A stretch of 64,000 nucleotides of DNA from an uncultured Actinomycetota bacterium (GTDB lineage: Bacteria > Actinomycetota > Acidimicrobiia > Acidimicrobiales > RAAP-2), in the NCBI GenBank assembly GCA_963838005.1, contig CAWIPW010000007.1, positions 54,691-118,690 of the forward strand, in the 5' to 3' direction. The notes below the pieces were generated by a model. The model saw only the letters and a program-made list of their open reading frames with translations, was not told where the DNA came from and did no database searches. Positions within the stretch are counted from its first letter, which is position 1. Each line of letters starts with the position of its first letter. Both the position numbers and the translations under genes were made by a program. Of this stretch, positions 58,726 to 64,000 are shown one piece after another.

Positions 58726-60441
58726 CTACGGAGCGGGGAACGTCGCCGTCGCCCGGGGAGCCCCGGGCCGGTCGACCTCCACCAGGGTCGCCCCTGGGAC
58801 GTAGGTCAGGTAGGCGACGGTGCCAGGTGATCCCTTCCGCTCCACGACCACCTGACCGACGTAGGCACCCTGGTCCGGTTCGAGGCGAGGGGTCCGGCCG
58901 TCGGCGAAGAGCCTCCACGCGACGCCGTAGATGAGCTCGTACTCGCCGATCGTCCCCTGGCCCCGGGTCGTCACCAGCACCGGCTGCCTGGACGTATGGG
59001 CTTCGATGAACCGCGAGACGCCGGTGACGTTCTCGATCGTCCCCCATCCACCCAGGGTGGGCGATGCCGTTGTCAGGGCCCGGCCGGTCGACCAGGCCGC
59101 GACGGCACCGCACACGCAGAGTCCTACCACCAGAAGCCGTCCGGCCGGCCTGTTGGCCCCATGGGAGGCCGCCCCCGGCCACGAGCCGGCCGCAGCGGAT
59201 GGGTCGGGATCGCGGTTCCGGCCGGATCGGCGGACGCCGTCCGCGATGCCGACCCAGAGCGCCCAGGCGTAGACCATCACGATGCCGATGCCGACGGGCC
59301 AGACCGACGGGTAGAGGTACGTGAGGCTCAGCGTGCCCGACACGGACATCGAGGCCACCGTGAAGGCGAAGCTGGCCCCGGCGACGAGCAGCAGGACGGC
59401 CGCACATGTGACCGATCGCTCCCGACGGCGCCATGCGAGCACCGCAACGGCGCCCGCTCCGAGGACGCTCGAGACCGAGACGGCGATCCCGTGCGCCCGG
59501 AGCGCGCCGAACACGGAGAAGACGTTGGCCGCATCGGGATGGAGGATCCACGTCGGCCAGGGGAGAATTCCGCTGGCCATCGTCGTCCATCCCATCCCCG
59601 TCCCCAGGTGCGGTCCGGTCGACGCCGTGCCCGCCAGAAGGGTCATGTTGCCCGGATGCGTCGTCAACTGCTGGACCAGGGGTGCCGTCCAACACAGGGC
59701 CCCGACCCCCGCCGAGAGGCAGAGCGGCCTCCTCCACCGGCGCCACGCACACCCGCGGGTCCACACGGCGAGGACGAGGGCCGACACCACACACGTGAGG
59801 GACGGGACCAGAAAGATCAGATGGCACTGGCCGGCCATCGACGCCGCTGCCACGAGGACCGGAAGCCACGAGAGCCTGCCGCTGCCGACCGCCCACGAGA
59901 GGGCCAGGGTGGCGATGAACCACGAAAGCCCCATGTGCGGATTCCAACCGGGGTCCGTGACGACCCCGGGATCGGCGACGACGGTGACGAGGATGACACC
60001 GACGACGGGGACCACTGTCCGCATGCCCGCGATCGACCGGGCGGCCTCCACCGAGAGCGCGAAGGCGGCCCCGACCATGAGGGCGGCTCCCCAGAGCATC
60101 CCCTGGCCGGGATCGAGATGCACTGGGAGCGCCAATCCCCAGTAGAGGAGCGGACCCGTATCGAAGATGCTCCTGTGGTCGGCGAGCGACGCCTGCGTGA
60201 ACTGGCCGACCAGGGGGGTGTGCGCCGAGAACACCATCCACGAGCGAAATGCGATGTTGGCGTCGTCAGAGGTCGGCCTCCACCCCCGGAGCAGCTCCAC
60301 CACGACGGCCAGCACCAGCGGGAACTGCACCGCACCGTGACCGAGGAGGTGCGCCCGTCGGCCGGGGACGCGCCGCGGCCGGTCGGCAACCTCCGTCGTG
60401 AAGGGCACAGCCGGCCGCTCCACCGCAAGCACCCCGGCCAT
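58726..60441 (-). CDS. large polytopic membrane protein (571 aa), function unknown
   Basis: Intact ORF with more than 10 hydrophobic helices followed by a soluble C-terminal domain (...TIENVTGVSRFIEAHTSRQPVLVTTRGQGTIGEYELIYG...). Confidence 0.7.
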   Translation of the reverse strand: MAGVLAVERPAVPFTTEVADRPRRVPGRRAHLLGHGAVQFPLVLAVVVELLRGWRPTSDDANIAFRSWMVFSAHTPLVGQFTQASLADHRSIFDTGPLLYWGLALPVHLDPGQGMLWGAALMVGAAFALSVEAARSIAGMRTVVPVVGVILVTVVADPGVVTDPGWNPHMGLSWFIATLALSWAVGSGRLSWLPVLVAAASMAGQCHLIFLVPSLTCVVSALVLAVWTRGCAWRRWRRPLCLSAGVGALCWTAPLVQQLTTHPGNMTLLAGTASTGPHLGTGMGWTTMASGILPWPTWILHPDAANVFSVFGALRAHGIAVSVSSVLGAGAVAVLAWRRRERSVTCAAVLLLVAGASFAFTVASMSVSGTLSLTYLYPSVWPVGIGIVMVYAWALWVGIADGVRRSGRNRDPDPSAAAGSWPGAASHGANRPAGRLLVVGLCVCGAVAAWSTGRALTTASPTLGGWGTIENVTGVSRFIEAHTSRQPVLVTTRGQGTIGEYELIYGVAWRLFADGRTPRLEPDQGAYVGQVVVERKGSPGTVAYLTYVPGATLVEVDRPGAPRATATFPAP

Positions 60442-60556
60442 GCGGCCGCAGCGTAACGGCTGGTCGCTGGCCGCCCCCGCATGCCCGCCCTCCCCACCCG
60501 GTCGTCGGCCCCCTCCCCCCGCCAGGGGAGGGGGCCGTCGGTACCAGGGAGCTCAG

Positions 60557-62413
60557 CTACACCACCATGTGGCCACGCCGGCGGCGGTGGCGCAGTTCGA
60601 AGTACGCACCGACACCCACGATGGCCAGGCCGGCCAGCGGGAGCAGGACCGCCAGCGGCACCTCCGGCGTCGACGCCGGCGGCGAGGCGTTGGTGCCCGG
60701 CGTGAAGGAGACGCCGCGGATCACCTGCCCGTACGTGGCCGGCATCACCGTCGAGAAGTTCTCGCCGGGGGCAGCGTGGTGCTGGCCAGGTTGTCGTTGA
60801 TGGACACAAGCATGTTCGGGTCCGCACCCTGGTCACCGGCCCCGCTCACCGTCGAGGTGGTGGCCCAGATGGTGACCGTGCCGTCCGGGTTGACCTCGCC
60901 CGTCAGGTTGCGCAGGCCGTCGGTCCCGGGGCTCCACGGCGAGCCCTTGCCGCCGTCGGTGTTGTTCGGTCCGGTCGGGTAGACGTCATTCGAGGCGTCG
61001 TTCGCCACGGAGTAGGGCACGCCGAGGTTGAGGCCGCCCTGCAGCGTGTAGTCGAGTCCCCACTGACCGGTGGTCGTGTTGAACGTCCACTTCTGCAGCC
61101 CGGCCGTCGTCGAGGCCGCCGCCGCCGTGTAGGTGACGGAGGTGGCGTTGTAGGTGGCATCACCGGCGCCCTCGTCGGCCACGTAGAGGGTGGTGGGGTT
61201 GGCGAACCACATGCCGAACGGGTACAGGCTCGAGTCGGTGGCGCTCTTGGCCAGCGTCGTCGGGAAACCCTTGAGGATGCACATGTTGGTCGGCGTGAGC
61301 CCCGGGTTGCTGGTGGTGAGGCCGAGCGGCGTGCTCGCCGTCGAGAACGTCGGCGACGAGAAGCTCAGCGCGGTCGGCAGCGTGGCGCTGGCCGAGGGGA
61401 TGCCGACCCCTCCCGACGGGCAGGCCGTGCCCGTCGTGTCGACGAAGTAGACGGTGTCGACGCCGTTGCTCCCGCTCCCTTTGGTCGTGTAGATGACGCT
61501 GCCGTTGACGGTCAGGCCGCGGAAGTTGTCGTCCTTGGCCGACTTGTCGGCCTTTTGGCCGAGCTGGGTGATGTTGAAGTTGCCCAGCGGGGTGGGAGCG
61601 CCCGGGGTTCTGGGAGGACTCGGACGCGTTGGCGTCCGGGAGGATCTGGGATCCCACGCCCTGGACCACGCCCTGGGGCTCCGGGTTGGCGCCGTTACCG
61701 GCGTTGCCGGCGGTGTAGATGCTGTTGTTGCTGGGATTGAGAATGGCGGCGCGGCCGTTGTTGCCGCTGTAGGCGTTGGTCTCGGTGAACAGGAAGTTGC
61801 TGTTGGCGTCCACCTGTCCGACCACCCGGTACGCGGCGTCGTTGACCCTGAGTTGGTGGGGTCGACGGCGCCCGGCGTGTTCGAGTTCGAGACGTCGAGG
61901 GAGCCGACCGGGGCGTTGTAGCCCATGAAGGTCACGTAGTTGCCGTCGGTCGACTGGTTGAGGGCCAGCTCCGACTTGGAGGAGAAGCTGGTGACCATCT
62001 GGTCGGCGCTGGTACCGAGGCCCTGGGAGCTGTTCGGCACAGTCAGGGAACTGATCAGCTGGCCGTTGCTCGGGTTGAGCTGGTCGAGCACGATCGGCTG
62101 GCTCACGCCGAAGCTGCCGTCGACGGAGTCGTTGTTGAAGACGAGGGGGTAGGTACCGGGCGCGACCGCGGTCGACGCACGGGTTGTCGGCGAGGGTGCC
62201 GCAGCCCGGAGGAAGCTCAGTGGTACCGGGGGTGATGGTGGGGCTCTGCGACCAGATGCTGGTCGAAACGAGCAAATTGCCCGCAGCCAGCGACCCGCTC
62301 GCAGACGCCGAGCTCGAAACGGTGGTGACGGTGACCGTCGCGGCCATGGCGGCGACAACTGCTATGAGCGTGACAGGACGACGCCAGCGCGTGGACGGAC
62401 GGTACCTCTTCAT
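60557..62413 (-). pseudogene. secreted protein of unknown function with a C-terminal PEP-CTERM-like anchor, at least 3 frame breaks
   Basis: Signal MKRYRPSTRWRRPVTLIAVVAAMAATVTV (ORF 61160..62413). The body alternates between ORFs 60745..62358 and 61160..62413. The tail ...GVSFTPGTNASPPASTPEVPLAVLLPLAGLAIVGVGAYFELRHRRRRG is in ORF 60557..60748. Confidence 0.6.
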
Positions 62414-62659
62414 TCGCTATCTCCTTTGTCGGGATGTGACGTGGTAAGCGGGGGGCTACGTACAGCGGTTGTTGTCGTACGCCTGTGCGCACGGTTCTCA
62501 AATCGAGCTGCGCGGGGGATGACGTCAGCCGCCGCTGCACGGCGTTGGAGGGCAACTTAAGAACCGCTGATGAACCGGCCGACACGGTTGCTTGAACTCG
62601 GGGCGAACCTTGCGCGGCGCCTTCGCGACGGTTCTGCGGCCGTTCCGTGACCGTTCCGC

Positions 62660-62678
62660 GACGGTTGTGAAAACCGTC
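62660..62678. promoter_or_regulatory. perfect 7-bp inverted repeat within a cluster of ACGGTT/CCGTTCC motifs
   Basis: GACGGTT-gtgaa-AACCGTC. Neighbouring CCGTTCCG x2 (62640-62647, 62651-62658; 11-bp period). ACGGTTCT at 62491 and 62629, ACGGTTG at 62584 and 62661. Confidence 0.35.
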
Positions 62679-62754
62679 AGGTGAGCGCACCGCCGCGCCC
62701 CGGAGCGCCTCCCGCCGGGGCGCGCCGTCCGACGGACGGGACGCCCGATCGGCC

Positions 62755-63674
62755 CTAGGCCGAGGTCGCCCTCCGGAGGTGGGCGGCGATGGCGGCGTAG
62801 GTCTCACGGGCGAGCCGGTCGTCCTTGAGGTCGTAGCCGTGGTCCGCCCCCCTGAACCCGAGATACTCGATCAGCGATCCGGCGGCTTCGAGTCGATCGG
62901 CGTAGCGCCGTGCCTCGTCGCGGAGGATGTCGTATTCGGCCGCGATCACGACCGCGGGGGCGATGCCCGTCAGGTCGGCGTCATCGGCGGGAGCGGCCGG
63001 GGAGGCCAGCCGGTCCGCCCGCAGCACCGGGTCCGGGACGTAGGCCGTGTCGAAGACCTCGGCCATCCACGGCCGCAGCACCGGCTTGGAAACAACGGAC
63101 CGCTTGGCCGCGCCCGGGACAGTGAGGTCGAGCGGCGGGTAGTGCAGGACCTGCAGGGCGATGGCCGGTCCACGCCGCTCGAGGGCGAGCCGGGCGCCGG
63201 CGGCGGCCAGGCCTCCCCCGGCACTCTGCCCACCGACGGTCATGCGGCCGCCGTCCCAGCCGTGCTCGGGACCGTGCCCTTCGACCCAGGAGAGAAGCTC
63301 GTGTACCTGGTGCGCCGCCGCCGGGAACGGGTGTTGCGGCGCCACCACGTAGTCCACGTTGAGCACGACCGCACCTGCCTGGGCGGCGAGGGACCGGCAG
63401 AGGGGGTCATCGATGGCGGTCAGCGCCATGACGTAGCCGCCACCGGGCAGGTTCACGTGCACCGGGGGGAACATGGTCGCCCGGATCGGGTCGGTAGAGG
63501 GTCACCGACGCCGGCCCGAACGACGTGGGAACGGCCAGGTGCTCTGTTCGGCCCGGGACGTCCGTCAGCCGGGCGGCCGCCGAGCCGCGCCATGCGACCG
63601 GAGGCGGCGGCCGCCCCGAGCTGCAGCAGGCGGGCCGCCGAGCGGGCGACGGTGGGATGGGAGAGGATCGACAT
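62755..63674 (-). pseudogene. alpha/beta hydrolase fold-3 esterase/lipase (HSL/Aes family), 2 frame breaks near the 5' end
   Basis: The core, with the oxyanion-hole region LPGGGYV, nucleophile GGQSAGG and GADHGY, is in ORF 62755..63474. N-terminal pieces are in ORFs 63453..63674 and 63407..63907. Confidence 0.75.
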
Positions 63675-63699
63675 CGTTGCGCGGGCCGCGGCCGGGTTG

Positions 63700-64000
63700 T
63701 CAGGCCCCCTGCGGTCCGGTCCCGTCCGGGTAGAACTGGCGGAACCAGCGGCGGTACTGCGCGACCGGGCCGTCGACCTTGGTGACGATCGGCCGCTCGC
63801 GGTAGATCTTGTTCTCCCAGATCGGCACGTCCTGCGTGAACTGGAGATTGGTGATCTGGTCGTTGAGCTCGGAGATCGACTCGGTGGCGCCGGCGTCGGG
63901 CAGCCACTTCATCGAGAAGTGCAGGCTGACCTCGGTGAGCTCCTCGTCGATCGGGGTCTGCGTGATGTAGGTGAGCATCTCGATCGGGTCCTGCTCCACC
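63700..64000 (-). CDS. C-terminal ~99 codons of a KshA-like Rieske non-heme iron oxygenase; gene continues beyond the window end
   Basis: ...FTQDVPIWENKIYRERPIVTKVDGPVAQYRRWFRQFYPDG resembles the conserved C-terminus of 3-ketosteroid 9-alpha-hydroxylase-type oxygenases. The first Met of the track ORF is a window-edge artefact. Confidence 0.6.
   Translation of the reverse strand, partial: VEQDPIEMLTYITQTPIDEELTEVSLHFSMKWLPDAGATESISELNDQITNLQFTQDVPIWENKIYRERPIVTKVDGPVAQYRRWFRQFYPDGTGPQGA

Noticed and set aside
58661-60456. 526-aa (minus) and 486-aa (plus) ORFs overlapping the 571-aa membrane-protein ORF
   Set aside because: Only the frame 58726..60441 gives hydrophobic helices. The others are Arg/Pro/Gly-rich shadow frames.

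Overview
This is a high-GC, actinobacterial-type chromosomal window.

**1-4.6 kb.** It opens with the conserved cell-division and signalling block on the minus strand: fhaA, fhaB, pstP, pbpA and the start of a Hanks-type kinase. tRNA-Leu(CAG) follows. This is the fhaA/leuT arrangement known from mycobacteria, but there is no rodA.

**4.6-9 kb.** A segment of about 4.3 kb follows the tRNA. It carries an ECF sigma factor, a membrane partner and a PQQ-like beta-propeller protein. It is bracketed by a degenerate direct repeat of about 80 nt.

**9-32.5 kb.** This is a lipid/steroid-like catabolic supercluster:
- two intact cytochrome P450 genes plus one P450 stub;
- three SDRs, two of them Hsd4A-like;
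- two aldehyde dehydrogenases, an amidohydrolase and a nitroreductase;
- a NorD/NorQ-type VWA + AAA+ pair;
- three LivK-type binding proteins and two AveC-like membrane proteins;
- a KARI-like reductase;
- one TetR and one tandem-TetR regulator.

The promoter regions of this cluster share a 16-bp palindromic operator-like motif (8 copies).

**32.6-35.7 kb.** This encodes a roughly 1050-aa Ig-repeat surface protein containing tandem DNA repeats of about 290 bp.

**36-64 kb.** This part mixes several gene sets:
- redox and housekeeping genes (chloroperoxidase-type hydrolase, Zn-ADH + DoxX, glutaminase);
- a signalling islet (GAF-ANTAR divergent from STAS-GAF-ANTAR, a translationally coupled small ORF, an orphan Anbu proteasome homologue);
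- envelope/glycan genes (GH5, three very large polytopic membrane proteins, a pyruvyl transferase, a GT2);
- a SigK/RskA-like ECF pair flanked by twin divergent ECF-type promoters;
- a secreted protein with a PEP-CTERM-like tail, an esterase, and the 3' end of a KshA-like Rieske oxygenase.

I saw no rRNA, CRISPR array, transposase or integrase.

**Major caveat.** About 50 single-base frame breaks (a manual, approximate count) split many genes. They are mostly +1 and are very unevenly distributed. Many long ORFs in the supplied track are therefore chimeras or antisense shadows. Genes I call 'pseudogene' are frameshifted as sequenced and may be intact in reality.
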